DNA from: Eledone cirrhosa
Lineage: Eukaryota
DNA length: 64,000 nt
Assembly (NCBI GenBank): GCA_964016885.1
Contig: OZ024745.1
Coordinates: forward strand, 110,608,001 to 110,672,000
Direction of reading: 5' to 3'
Positions 26,880 through 39,481 of this stretch are shown here, piece by piece. The number at the start of each line of letters is the position of its first letter. Position 1 is the stretch's first letter. A program made the position numbers and the translations under genes. The notes beneath the pieces were generated by a model. The model saw only the letters and a list, made by a program, of their open reading frames with translations, searched no databases and was not told the DNA's origin.

Positions 26880-27260
26880 TAAAGAAGAAGAAAGAAAGAA
26901 GAAGCAGAAAAAGAAGCAGAAAAAAAAGAAGAAAGGGAAGAAAGGAAGAAAAAGAAAGGGAAGAAAGGAAAAGGAAGAAGAAAGAAGGAAGAAAAGGAAG
27001 AAGGAAGAAAAGGAAGGAAGAAAAGGAAGAAGGAAGAATAGAAGGAAGAAAAGGAAGAAGGAAGAAAAAGAAGAAAGGAAGAAAAAGAAGAAAGGAAGAA
27101 AAAAAGAAGAAGAAAAAGAAAAAAGAAGAAGAAAAAGGAGAAAGGAAGAAGAACAACAAGAACGGAGAAAAAGGGAGAAAAAGAAGGGAGAAAGAAGAAA
27201 AAAAGGAGCAAGAGGATGAAGAAGAAAAGAAGTGATGAAGGAACAAGTAAAGCAGGAACA
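26880..27260. repeat. Polypurine (GAA/GGAA) low-complexity tract
   Basis: About 380 bp almost exclusively G/A. Confidence 0.95.
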
Positions 27261-28299
27261 AGGAGTTGAGAAGTAGAAGAGAGATGGTGATGTTGATGGT
27301 CATGGTTATGGTGAAGAATAGGAAACAGTAAACAGTAAGGAGGTTAGCGCAAGGCCAACCATGTGTTGAGAATCTTGATTCAGTACAAATCACTGAAGTA
27401 AATCTGAAATGCACTTATAGAATCTGCTGTTGTCTTAGCTTAAATAAATTTATTACCAGAAAGAGGAAATGTGGTGAATAGAAATTGTTTGAAATAGAAT
27501 GTAAGGAAGAAGAAAGCTATCTCTTCTCAATAAAGACATTTAGGTAGATAGTTAACATTTAGACTATTGTTGAACATTGCAAATGATTAAAGATTAAGAT
27601 AGTTTGAAAGTAATTTGACTTCACATTCTATTGATTGGTTGCGTGTGGTTAATTGAATGTAAAAGACTTTTCTTTGTTAATCAACTGTAAATTTAAGACC
27701 AATATAGAAATCATTTAATCATTCATTCATCAAGAAATAAGAAAACACTCTAGGTATTTACATAGAAAACTTTATATTTTTCTTAAATAAGAAGCGTGGT
27801 TTTTCATTTATCCAAAAACATTAAAAAAATATTTTCTATAACACCAAATACAATGCCATTTGGATTTTTTAAGGAAAGAGAAAATAAAGTATACAAAAAA
27901 AAAGCACGTTAGAAAATGCTTGAAAAGAAAATAAGAATTAAAATATGTATTTCTATCGCCATGCGGATAGACAGGATGAAGGAGAAGAGAAAGAAATAGA
28001 TGAGGTGGGGAAAAAAGCAAGAATGAGCATTTATAGATGAATGTGTGGGAAATTTATTAAACAGAATAAGTGGATAATTTGACTAAACTAATAGAATTAG
28101 ATATGCTAGTTAAACTTAAACTTAAAATATAAATGTTTCAATAACGCAGTGGTTATTGTAATCAAAAGAGAACTAAGGAAATCTTAATATGTAAAAGTGG
28201 ATGTGCATGATTATTCTCTGAATATTTATAAGAAACAATTCTGACTGGTTCTTTTTCTTGATGTACGACATATGCACAGTAGCTAGAGAGGCAGGTCGA

Positions 28300-29540
28300 G
28301 ACTGGTGAGCCAGACTAAGGCATCATTTACTGCATTATGGATAACCTCCAGGCTGCCAGGAAAACATCTGAAGGGGCTATCCTGAACAACATGTAATACT
28401 GTCTGGTCAGGGTCCCCACAGTTACATGCTGGGCTGTCCTGCTACGTGTTGTGTGGAAAACATCAGAGGGGCAATCCTGAACAACATGCAGTACTGTCTG
28501 GTCAGGGTCCCCACAGTCATATGCTGGGCTGGCTTTCTTTTTCCATCAATGAAGATGATGGGCTGTCCTGGCATGTGTTGTGCGGACCTGATCAAGGGAC
28601 ATCCATTGCTTTCTGGGAAGGTCAAAGCTGGCTGATTTAGATGGTGGGTCCTGGCTGGCATATTTAGACTCATTCCATAATCTTTACTGCTCTTCCTTCA
28701 GATTAAAATTATTGTCCAGAAGGGTTTTCATAGATTCCCATATTTCAAGCAATGTGATTTCAAGCGCATATTGGGAAAGCTTTCCAGGTCTTCATGGATA
28801 GGATGGTCAGGTTAAGACTTGGTAAGAAGTGCTGTTTCATGGATTATCTCATGATGTCATATGCAAGAAGGAGTTATATGAGAAAGGGTAGGCAGCCACT
28901 GAGTAGGTGTAGATTTTAGTGTGCCAGATATTATTATCGTTGTGTCAACTTGCTTGGCATGGCAGCTCCCTGCCCAGATCAGTGAACAGTACTCTGCAGC
29001 TGAGTATGCAAGTGCTAAGCATGCATTTTGGAGTATGTATGCATCAGACCCCCAGCTGTTTTCTGCTAACTTGTAGATGATATTAATCCAGGTCTTGAGC
29101 TTCCGGTAACCCCCTTTAGATGCTCTCAGAAGGTTAGGCTGTAATCCAATGTTACACTAAGATATTTGGGATGTGGTTCATTCTTGACAGGTCTACCTCA
29201 GAAGGAGACATTGAGTTCCATTCTATCTTGTCTGATGCTGAGATGGAAGGCTGTCACAGTGGTCTTGTGAACTCCCAGAGCAAACTGAGGATGTTGAAAT
29301 GGAGTGGAGACAGCTTCTAAACTGTATTAATCCAACCGACTCATCTACCTTTGACAAAAACCCAACACTTCTTTTGGTGGTGGAGTTGAATGAACCCCAA
29401 TCAACACATGAAGCTTCTTCTGCAAACAATACATTGAAAGACAAAATGGCACCAGGAGAAGATATTATTCCTGTCAAGGTTTACAAATATGATAGAGGTT
29501 ATCTGAAAGAGAAACTGTTCAATTTCTTTTCACTTTGCTA
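28300..29540 (-). mobile_element. Vingi/Ingi-like LINE remnant
   Basis: PKYLSVTLDYSLTF*EHL, LKTWINIIYKLAENSWGSDAYILQNACLALAYSAAEYC, C-terminal CDCGDPDQTVLHVVQDCP (tandemly duplicated at about 28360-28530). Confidence 0.75.
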
Positions 29541-30517
29541 GAAGATATAGTTCTTGGAAGAAAGAACTGGAAGTAATGTTTATTGTGAGGTCTTAAAGGT
29601 AATTCATATTAGGATGATGGATGGGGAAAACGTGAGTGCATCAAAATATTTTAGATGGTGGGTGGTATACAGTTGACAGGTCCTTGGAGAAATAAAGCCT
29701 TTGTAGTATAGACATCACTCATCAATTGTGAGTAGGAAGTGATAGCGACTGCTAGCAAAGGCTTGCCTATCAAATAGACAGCTTTTCTTGAGTGTGTGCC
29801 TATGTGTGTGTGTGTGTGCGTGTGCGTGTGCGTGTGTGTGTGCGTGTGCGTGTGCATGAATAATTATGTCTTTGTAAATGCATTTATGAATACTTATATA
29901 TGAGTGTGTATGTGTGTGTGTAAATAATTATGTCTTAGTATATACCTTTTATGAATACTCTTATATGAGTGTGTATGTGCGTGCATAAGATTGGTGATCA
30001 CGCCAGACATATGAAGAATAAGGGAGTATTCAGTATATTTCCACATAGTAATAGGCTACTAAGTGTTTATATTTAACTCGTTCATTACCATATTTCTAAT
30101 AAAACACACTGCCTATAATTTTCAATTAATTTTGAAAGTAATCAAGAATTTGCAGAGAATTAATAAAATAACTTTGAAATATAACACCACACAAGATCGT
30201 TACATAAAATTAAGAGTTTGTTGTTTCTGGGGAAGACAGTGAGATGGATCAAGGATTTCAAGACTGGAAATAGGTAGTGACATAACCACTACCTGCTAGT
30301 CAATATATTGATCTACCATGATCAATCAATCCTCTGAAATGATTGTAAAACAATGAACTAATTAAGATATTAACATATTTTCGATTTATGTTTCATTTTC
30401 ATTATTCAATACACAGACAGACACACACACGTAAAAAAGTAAACAGAAATAACAAAGCAAATGACACAGAACAATGAAGAAATATATTAGTTTAATTCTT
30501 GATATAGTAAGAAAAGC

Positions 30518-30555
30518 ATCTTAACTTTTCAGACACTAGTCCTTCATCAGAAGAT
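30518..30555 (-). ncRNA. Degenerate minimal type I hammerhead ribozyme
   Basis: ATCTT-CTGATGA-a-GGAC-tagt-GTCT-GAAA-aGT-TA-AGAT; core intact, palindromic ACGT stem III mutated. Confidence 0.5.
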
Positions 30556-30660
30556 AGAATGAGAAAAAAAAAGATCAAACAGAAAGGCAGAGAACGAGAG
30601 GAAGGGACAGAAAAAAATGTTTGTAGAAAAAGCACATGTATATTCAGTCAAACATTTTGC

Positions 30661-30731
<71 letters not shown>

Positions 30732-30751
30732 TATATATATACATATACATA

Positions 30752-30842
30752 CAGGGTGTCCCCAACACTTCAACAGTATTCTAATAAATGTTGCCTGTAC
30801 AGGTAATCAAAGTGTGTATTCATTTTTTGGGGGGACACCCTG
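30752..30842. mobile_element. Tc1/mariner MITE
   Basis: TA-CAGGGTGTCCCC...GGGGACACCCTG-TA; paralogue at 49847-49950. Confidence 0.85.
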
Positions 30843-30930
<88 letters not shown>

Positions 30931-30932
<2 letters not shown>

Positions 30933-31132
30933 AGGTGGGCATAATTACCTTAGCTTACTGTTGAGAAATATGAATCTACAGTGCTATTAAACTGTGTTCT
31001 AACATTAATACATCGGCTACTCATGTAAGTTTATATAGTTACAATAAATTTTCAAAATGGTGCCTGTTTGCAAGCATGCCATTATTATATTTCTGTTTCC
31101 TGTAATCAATATGCTAATTATGGCCCACCCTG
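30931..31132. mobile_element. Tc1/mariner MITE, second family
   Basis: TAAGGTGGGCATAATTA ... TAATTATGGCCCACCCTG-TA. Confidence 0.65.
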
Positions 31133-33309
31133 TATAAAAGTAAAAATGTGAAAAGGCTGAGTTTGAAATAAAACTCAAATAATCCTTAGATGATGACTTC
31201 AAACAGTGTAGCTCAACTCATTCAGTAAAATACAAACTATCAATCTCGAATTACATGTTTCAATCCTTTACTATGTCTATGCTCCAGGCTACATTAAAGG
31301 AGACCCTACCACTATTAATTAACTTCAGGTTTTTTTTTATCATTCATTTACTGCAAAGAAACTATCACTGTTCTATTCTTGTTCACTTGTTACCAATAAT
31401 GTTTCTTTTTTGTTGCTGTCTGAATTTTTTTTGCTCACATATCAGTGGCTACACCTCCAACAATCTTTCACTTCATATGACTTTAACTACTCTATGCATG
31501 TAATGTATGGGGGAAAAAAACGAAAAAGAGACAGACAATGCATGACTACTGCTGATGCATGGGATTTCTTTTTTTATTATTACCAAAAAAACAAAAAATG
31601 AAGGGTTAGCAAACCTAAAGATAAATATATGAGGCTTCAGAAATAATCAATGGACAGTTTTTGTGGAATAATGCAACGGTTATGTAACTAAAGAAAAGCA
31701 TAGACATAGAGTGGGAAAGCAAATCTTCAGAAATTACAAGAACCTACAAATATATTTGGTCTATAAGGCAATAAAGTATAGAGTCTCAAGAAAATAAAGA
31801 CATGCATATATGCACATAGAGAGGCCCATGTATGCATAGAAAAACAGGCACATACATAATAATGCATAGAAGAAAAGGGAACACTTGGAATTCATCCCAT
31901 TACTAATTCATTTCAGTGTTCTCAGAACATCTCTAAAGATATGGAGATTATAAACAAAGAAGCCCTTTCACTTCTAGAAGAATATGTTCTAGCATGATCA
32001 TCTAAGCCACTTTTTGTGAATAGATCTACTGGTGATCTCTTTGTCAGCATTACCACTGTAGGTGAGGCAGAGCAGAAGAAAGTATTGTCAACAAACCATT
32101 CTTCCAGCACAAACAAAAGGTCTGCTGCATTATTCACGTATCAGAAACGTTTTTCATATAAGGCACTAAGATATGGAAATGTAAATAAAGGACCAGTTGC
32201 AAAAGAAATGAAATAAGATGAGAATGGCATGACAATTGTGTGACTTTCAAGTGATATCTTATTATCCACCAGGCAAATTGTTAATAATAACTATTTGGCA
32301 GTTCAATCACTAGCTAGGGTATCAGAATCGATGTACTTTGTTTATGCAGTACCCGAAAATGGTCATAGATTCTGTCAGTTGAAATACAGCCATGAAAATC
32401 ACAAAGGTCTGTAGACAATAATCCAAAAATATCAATAAGTAGGGTGTCCGTTCAGTTACATGGATTTTTATATTGTATGGAAAGCATTAAAAAAAGATGA
32501 AAGGTAAGTTTAGCTATAGTCTTAGATATTGGTCAACAAGATTATTTAAGGAATTTTTCTGGAGGCATCTTTGTGTCACTGAAGATGAATGCACAGAGAC
32601 CAAATACAGAATCATTACTTTGTTATTTGTGAATGTATTGATTACGTAACACAGGTGTATTGTGTATAGAAGAGTTTCAAACTTCTGTTTTATAATAGTG
32701 CAACTATATAACTCTTCTCTCAAAAACTATGATGTAAAGGCAAAATTGTTTTACATTTCCTATCCTAAATATTGAAATATGTTTCAGTTGATTTATTTTA
32801 TGCTGTTTGCTTCTTATGAAAGATGTCCTGCCATAAACACCATTTGCCAATTACATATATTCTGGTACTTCAAATATGCTTACACATTCTGAATTGGCCT
32901 ATCTTATATATAAATACTGTTCTTTTGTATTTGTAAGGCAGAAAAGATTTTAAAGCATAGAGTAAGATAAATGAAAGAGGAAGTTGAGATATAATATTGT
33001 GAATGAGGTTATTCTTTTCCTTAACTTTATGGAGATGAGGAATACGTGATTTGTGATGTTAATACAATGTTGGGACCAATGTACAATAATGAGAAAGAGG
33101 ATAGTGGTGATGTCGATTATAATTTTAGCATAGAAAATGATGAAAGCAAAGGAAAAAAAGGGGTGGAGGGATTTAATGTTAATAATTGTTGATTCGTTAT
33201 CTAATCCTAATACATTTAGAAAATCCCTAAGAAGGATTTCAAATGTTTAGATATCTTTAAGAGAACATCTTAAAATTTAAAGAAAAAGGCTTCATATTTT
33301 TTCAATAAA

Positions 33310-33609
33310 TAGTGGAACCTCGGTTCACGAACTCAATTCGTTCTGAAAGCCGTTCGTCACCAGAAATGTTCGTAAGCCGAAACTGTTTTTCACATACGAA
33401 ATGTTAAAGGAGAAATACAGAGAAAGAAAGAGACTGTGGGCGAAAAACAGATAGATATCACTATAGTAACTAACTACACAGCAAGCGACGCTTTCCAGCC
33501 GATACTCCAAGCTTGTTGCCGGCTAGCGTGTTCGTTACTCGAGACACTATTCGTGAGCTGAGACGTTATATGTTCAGAAAAATTGTGTACATATTTATGA
33601 GGTTTATTG
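33310..33609. mobile_element. Tigger/pogo-like MITE
   Basis: Left end (T)AGTGGAACCTCGGTT followed by TTCGT-rich subterminal repeats; decayed right end GAGGTTTATTG. Confidence 0.6.
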
Positions 33610-33632
33610 TTAAATATAACTTAAAATCTCTC

Positions 33633-34040
33633 CGGTGGATTGGCAGTATCGGTAGAGGATCGAACGCCATGCTTTGACGTATAGAGTTACGGCCCTTGTC
33701 ATTCTGAGTTCAAATCCCGCTGAGGTTAACTTTGCCTTTCATCCTTACGGGGTCGATAAAATAAAGTAGCAGTAATACACTGGGATAATTGCTGGCCTTG
33801 TGCCTAAAGTAGAAACAATTATTAATATATTTTTAGGGTAGTGAATTGGCAGTATCGGTAAAGCGTCAGACAACATGTTTTGCGGCATATAGTTACGTCA
33901 CTTTATAGTGTGCGTTTTAATCCAAACATTATTCAGCTTTGACTTTCATCCTTACAGGGTCGATAAAATAAAGCACCAGTAAGACACTGGAGTTGATTTA
34001 GTCGACTTAGCACTCTCCCCAAATTTGTTTGTCTTGTACC
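33633..34040 (+). mobile_element. Two tandem SINEs (young plus older subfamily)
   Basis: Copies at 33633-33822 and 33835-34040. Confidence 0.85.
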
Positions 34041-34244
34041 TTAATCGTATTTTGGGGTTTCTACCTTCTTCACTATTTATTACTTGAAACGTCCAGATTT
34101 TCTGCTGCCCTTTTCTTATTTACAAATCTACCTAGGCTGGATTAAAACGTCCAGCGTTCAATTATGTAATATCCGGATTCATATTTCCATATTTTGAAAA
34201 CACTAAATTAGTTGTACTTTTTTTTTTACGTTATACACGTAATA

Positions 34245-34697
34245 GGCATACGTCAAAACGGTCGGTCGCAAAAGTGAAACTAATTTTTGACAGTTACGTA
34301 CACGTTATAAGAGTTATTTAAATTTATATATATAAAATAAAGGAGCAAATAAGAGCATGATATAAAGTCAGTCATGTGTGTGTGTGTGTGTGTGTAAACG
34401 AATGTAAAAGAATATATGTAGGGCATAGATAAGGTTTCCTAGAATTTTACACACACACATATATACACACACACGTGTATATATTATAGTGTGTATGTGT
34501 GCATATATAAGTGTATATGTGTGTGTACTTTTACATTCGTTTACACACACATATATACACACACACATGACTGACTTCATATCATGCTCTTATTTGCTCC
34601 TTTATTTTATATATATAAATTTAAATAACTCTTATAACGTGTACGTAACTGTCAAAAATTAGTTTCACTTTTGCGACCGGCCGTTTTGGCGTATGCC
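34245..34697. mobile_element. Long-TIR MITE with 9-bp TSD (Merlin or Mutator type)
   Basis: TIRs of about 165 bp beginning GGCATACG; CACGTAATA duplicated at 34236-34244 and 34698-34706. Confidence 0.9.
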
Positions 34698-34767
34698 CAC
34701 GTAATATGTATGTTATTATAAATGTATATAATATTTGATACATAAGCCGCTGTTTTATTCACAATTG

Positions 34768-35052
34768 TCGAGCTCCTCCGCAAGATCGGAGTGTCGGCGG
34801 CTCGTCTGAGGAGCTAGCTAGCCCCGCGAGTTTGGGTGGCTGTTGCAGCGGGTGTCACTGGCCATCGTCAGGGGAATGCTTTTGACGTCTTGTCAGCCTC
34901 TTGTCCTAGGCCCAAAGCCCAATAACCCTCCTCTCTCTTCTGCGTCGCCAGAGATCTTGCCATCCCCTCCCCGTTCTTTTTCTTTCTAAATTTACTTATT
35001 CTTTCTTTCTCCCCTTTTTTTTTTTTCTTACTAAATTTCATAAAAAAAAAAA
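34768..35052 (+). mobile_element. CRE-clade LINE 3' fragment
   Basis: ELLRKIGVSAARLRS..PREFGWLLQRVSLAIVRG(N)AFDVLSA, pyrimidine-rich 3' UTR, poly(A). Confidence 0.75.
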
Positions 35053-35847
35053 CATCTATTTCATTGTGTGTATGTCATATATATATAAAAAGGAAAATAC
35101 ACGAGCAGGTAATACACACATCTAGGACTACATACAACGATATAGCGAGGAGCTCTGACATTATTTGTTGTATCTATCGCAAGTGTATAAATGTTGATTT
35201 TTTAAACGAGTTCAATTACATGATAAAGATTAATACTAAAAAAGACGTGTTCAGTCTTTGAGGCTTCTAAGGTAAACTACCTCGCATGCCAGCCAAAACA
35301 AATTTGTGACACATATATTAGTTAATTATGCCGAGGTTAACTTTGCCTTTCATCCTTACGGGATCGATAAAATAAAGTACCAGTAATGTACTGAGTAATT
35401 TGCTGGCCTTGTGCCTAAAGTAGAAACAATTATAAATTAATAACGAGCATTTTGACTTTTGAGATCGTCAACTAATCTCACGCAAAACCAGAGCAATAAC
35501 ATTCGCGGCCTTGCTTTTTTTCTCCTTTTCCTCTCATTTATGATATTTATAGTCGTTTCCTCTATTTTTCAAAACAGCCAGATCTGTCCTTTTTTATTAC
35601 TAAATTTTGTTTTTATCTTCTTTTTAATACTTCCATGATTTTATAACTTTTTTTTATATAAAATATAGTTGACATAATGTTTATGTATAACAGATAAAAT
35701 AAAATATGGTTGACATAATATTTTTATGTATAACAGATAATAAAATGTTCTCATAACATTATTGACAAAACTAGTGTATTTTGCTACATGATATTTAATC
35801 TTTTCAAGTATATATTCTTTTTTCAATGTTTTCACTCTTGTATTTTG

Positions 35848-36066
35848 GGTAGCGAATTGGCAGAGTCGTTAGAACGTCGGATAGAATGTTTTGCAGTATT
35901 CGTTCCGGCTCTCTGCGCTCCGAGTGCAAGGCCCACCGAGGTCAACTTTGCCATTCATCCTTTCGTCGCTGATAAAATAAAATACCAGTCAAGTACTATG
36001 GTCGATTAAATCGATTTTCCCCCATTCCCCAAATTACTAGCCGTATGTCAAATGTAGAAACAATAT
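35848..36066 (+). mobile_element. SINE, older subfamily
   Basis: Diverged head with the same central and tail domains; related copies at 62690-62847 (-) and 62860-63020 (+). Confidence 0.8.
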
Positions 36067-36677
36067 TATTCCACGTAAGTCAGTTGTACTGATTTTCCTA
36101 ATGTTTGTTATAATGTCGTCTGCCATCATTAATATTCCATTTTCCTACTAAAAGACGCTGTTTATCACATTAAGTAAAAGTTTACAATAAGGGGACGACG
36201 TCATCACAATAGCTACACATATATTTCACAACACTAATGCGTAGGAAATTAAACCGTGCTAAAGGCCTTTTCATATTTTTTTTAAACTCAAAGATGATGG
36301 CATCAATCCCATATCATTGTATCAAAAATGGGAGGGGCAAAAAATATACCTCTTTTTTTAATAAAACCTTCAAATTCGCGTGCAATTGAGTTTTTGCTTT
36401 CATTTACTATTTAAGAATTCTCTTTTATAACCAAGATATTTAAAGAAACCATAACGAAATCTATAAAGACTTCATACAGTTAACTGAAAAACGATTGATT
36501 TCCGATTGTTTTGAAGTCCCAGTTCGTTCAAAACACACCAAAAACAATAGGAAAACAAACAAATGTTACCTCCAAAGTGAGATGGCGGGGGAATAATTTT
36601 CACATCCAAACCAGAGAATTCCGAAGTTATATGAAAACAAAACAAACTATTTTCCGGTAATTTTGAATGCCATATTC

Positions 36678-37011
36678 CAGAGGTTCTCAAAGTAGGCGCT
36701 ACCGTCCCCCTGTGGAGGGGGCATTGAGAAGGTCCAGTGGGGCGCTGGAGCCTAAGAGGGCAGTGGGGGTGGTAGAGCTAATATAATAGTATATTAAATA
36801 TCAAATGATACATATATGTATATATAGTAAAATGAAAAAAATAATATTTATTTATACATAGTATAAACTATATCATTATATATCAATTAACGATTTTATT
36901 TATTATATATTATTTACAATTTGCGTGTATCTCTTGAAATAGGGGTGGCTGTGCTTAAGGTACTCCGTAGCTCTGAGGTGAGCGGTGACCCCAAAAGTTT
37001 GAGAACCTCTG
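36678..37011. mobile_element. hAT (Charlie-like) MITE
   Basis: TIR CAGAGGTTCTCAAA / TTTGAGAACCTCTG, 8-bp TSD CCATATTC (36670-36677, 37012-37019). Confidence 0.92.
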
Positions 37012-37101
37012 CCATATTCGTTGGACACACAAAACAAAACATAAAATAAAATTCAACTCCAATATGGGATGGGTGCAATTGTAAAAGTTCGCCATTATAC
37101 G

Positions 37102-37721
37102 ATATACTTTATAATTGTTTCTACTTTAGGCACAAGGCCAGCAATTACCCAGTGCATTACTGGTACTTTATTTTATCGACCCCGTAAGGATGAAAGGCAA
37201 AGTCAACCTCGGCGGGATTTGAACTCAGATCGTAAAGGGACGTAACTATGCTAGAAAGCATGGCGTCCGACCCTCTACCGATACTGCCAATCCACCGCCC
37301 TTTATATACTTTATAATTGTTTCTACTTTAGGCACAAGGCCAGCAATTACCCAGTGCATTACTGGTACTTTATTTTATCGACCCCGTAAGGATGAAAGGC
37401 AAAGTCAACCTCGGCGGGATTTGAACTCAGATCGTAAAGGGACGTAACTATGCTAGAAAGCATGGCGTCCGACCCTCTACCGATACTGCCAATCCACCGC
37501 CCTTTATATACTTTATAATTGTTTCTACTTTAGGCACAAGGCCAGCAATTACCCAGTGCATTACTGGTACTTTATTTTATCGACCCTGTAAGGATGAAAG
37601 GCAAAGTCAACCTCGGCGGGATTTGAACTCAGATCGTAAAGGGACGTAACTATGCTAGAAAGCATGGCGTCCGACCCTCTACCGATACTGCCAATCCACC
37701 GCCCTTTATATACTTTATAAT
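37102..37721 (-). repeat. Tandem triplication of a SINE, 202-bp period
   Basis: Three near-identical SINEs bracketed by four ATATACTTTATAAT copies (37102, 37304, 37506, 37708). Confidence 0.95.
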
Positions 37722-37739
37722 GATACACAAAATGAAATT

Positions 37740-37880
37740 GAATGCGAGTCTTAGGCAAGTATCATTCTTTTCAAGGACTCCTATCCGACTGCCTCACCTT
37801 GCAGAGTTAGTTTATTGGTGGGCGGCAATTGACAGCAAATAGTTTGATGTTGGGGAGCAGGTTGGTATTGAAAAATAAAA
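37740..37880 (+). pseudogene. Possible Merlin (IS1595-like) transposase N-terminal remnant
   Basis: ASLRQVSFFSRTPIRLPHLAELVYWWA...VGEQVGI resembles the Merlin SIR.GSFF..S.L.L...L+Y.W motif. Confidence 0.45.
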
Positions 37881-38317
37881 GTCACAAATAAATCACTCAG
37901 AAAAAATGTTTTCACAAATAAATCTTTCAGAGTATTGATTCGAAAATTCGAAAGGGGAATATTTACAACGTAAAAACAGATACCTTTCAATTTCATTCAC
38001 TTTTATTTTATCGTCTGTATTTTATATACGAGAAGCGAAACATTCCCCTATAATGATAGGTTAGGTTAAGCTAGGTAAAGTTATATCAGGTTATTTATGA
38101 AAATATACACAATATTTACATTACAAATACATTTTCCTATATCAATAGCGGCGATAATAATAGTTTCAATGTGAGCGTATCGTATAAAATATTATTTTTA
38201 TATATATATATATATATATTTATATATAAAGGCCTACCTGTTGATGTTCACTGAATTCTGTTCTTTAGTATTCTAAAAAAAACAAATTCCTCTAGCAATC
38301 ATATAACGTCACACAGG

Positions 38318-38505
38318 TTTGAGGATTGACAGTATCGGTAGAGGGTCGGACGCTATGCTTTGCAGCATAGAGTTACGGCCCTTTATGGTCTGAGTTCAAA
38401 TCCCGCCGAGGTTAACTTTGCCTTTCATCCTTACGTGGTCGATAAAATAATGTACCAGTAATACACTGGGATAATTGCTGGCCTTGTGCCAAAAGTAGAA
38501 ACAGT
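38318..38505 (+). mobile_element. tRNA-derived SINE (main family)
   Basis: Family match. Confidence 0.85.
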
Positions 38506-38580
38506 TTTTTCACGAATAACTGAACTGGTCTCAAGATATGTTCACACTCAAATTGAATTCTGTTCTTTAGTATTCTAAAG

Positions 38581-38729
38581 CTCAGCGCCTATAGTGGTGA
38601 GTAGGGAGGTAGCCCTAGGGCCAAGGACACCAGAAGTCTCCACTGCCAGGGGTTACGGCTGCAGAAAGTGTCGGTGCAAGTGGCATCCCAGACGAGGGGT
38701 TTGCCACTGCAGAACGGGAAGATGGTCAT
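38581..38729 (-). mobile_element. CRE-clade LINE, restriction-like endonuclease fragment
   Basis: MTIFPFCSGKPLVWDATCTDTF joined to PLAVETSGVLGPRATSLLTTIGA (internal deletion). Confidence 0.8.
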
Positions 38730-38785
38730 TAAGTGCGACAATTGACCGCACACCCCAAATGTTAATGGAAATTTTTGAAGACGAA

Positions 38786-39481
38786 TGTAACGATCTTTCG
38801 ACTTCCAAAATTAACAAATAAATATCATTAATGAAGCTGATTGTTATATCTATTCTATTATTAACCGTCTTTTTATTGTATAGGCTCTAGATTTGATGTG
38901 TTTATGTTGCCCAGTCTCTATTGCCTTCTAGAGATTTCATGTTTCCTAGTTTGTTTTGATAAATAAAAGAATACTACAATTGCGACGAAATATTTGAACC
39001 TTGATGAACCAGCATTGGCAACAACAAAGTTGATTCAATTTAAAGCGAATAAATTGAAAATTTCACTAAAGAACACCTGATGGTATTTCCTCTCTCAACG
39101 TGGTGTTGATGCTCTAATAAACATTGTAGATATTATCTTTCCATATAATGTTGAAAAAATACTCGTTCAATTTCCTTATGAACGAAATAAAATACCATAA
39201 TAGACCAAAAGAAAGGCCCAAACTTTTTGAAAGGAAGCAGTTGCTATCAGAATTGTCTAGGGATTTTTTGATGAGGGTAAATGTTCAGACACTATATTGC
39301 GATTTGCACAAACTAAAAAATGATCCAGACCAGGCGATTATTTAGCTAGCTTTTGTAGCAAGTGCGACATCACCTGACGTTAAAATGAAGTTACTAGATC
39401 ACCACGAATAAAATGAGATAATTATTCAGGTACAACAACAGTTTACTCTAGGTACTGTTGAGAAGACATTCTCAGTTATTT
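38786..39481 (+). mobile_element. Old Gypsy LTR plus decayed gag
   Basis: TGTAACGA...AATAAA..TACTACA (38786-38978), PBS-like TTGCGACGA, gag-like YHNRPKERPKLFERKQL...AFVASATSPDVKMKLL. Confidence 0.55.

Noticed and set aside
26806-27414. Lys/Glu/Arg-rich and Phe/Leu/Ser-rich ORFs
   Set aside because: Frames of a GAA-rich low-complexity tract
38252-38579. 26-bp direct repeat TGAATTCTGTTCTTTAGTATTCTAAA around a SINE
   Set aside because: The repeats do not abut the SINE ends, so they are not its TSD; likely a small local duplication
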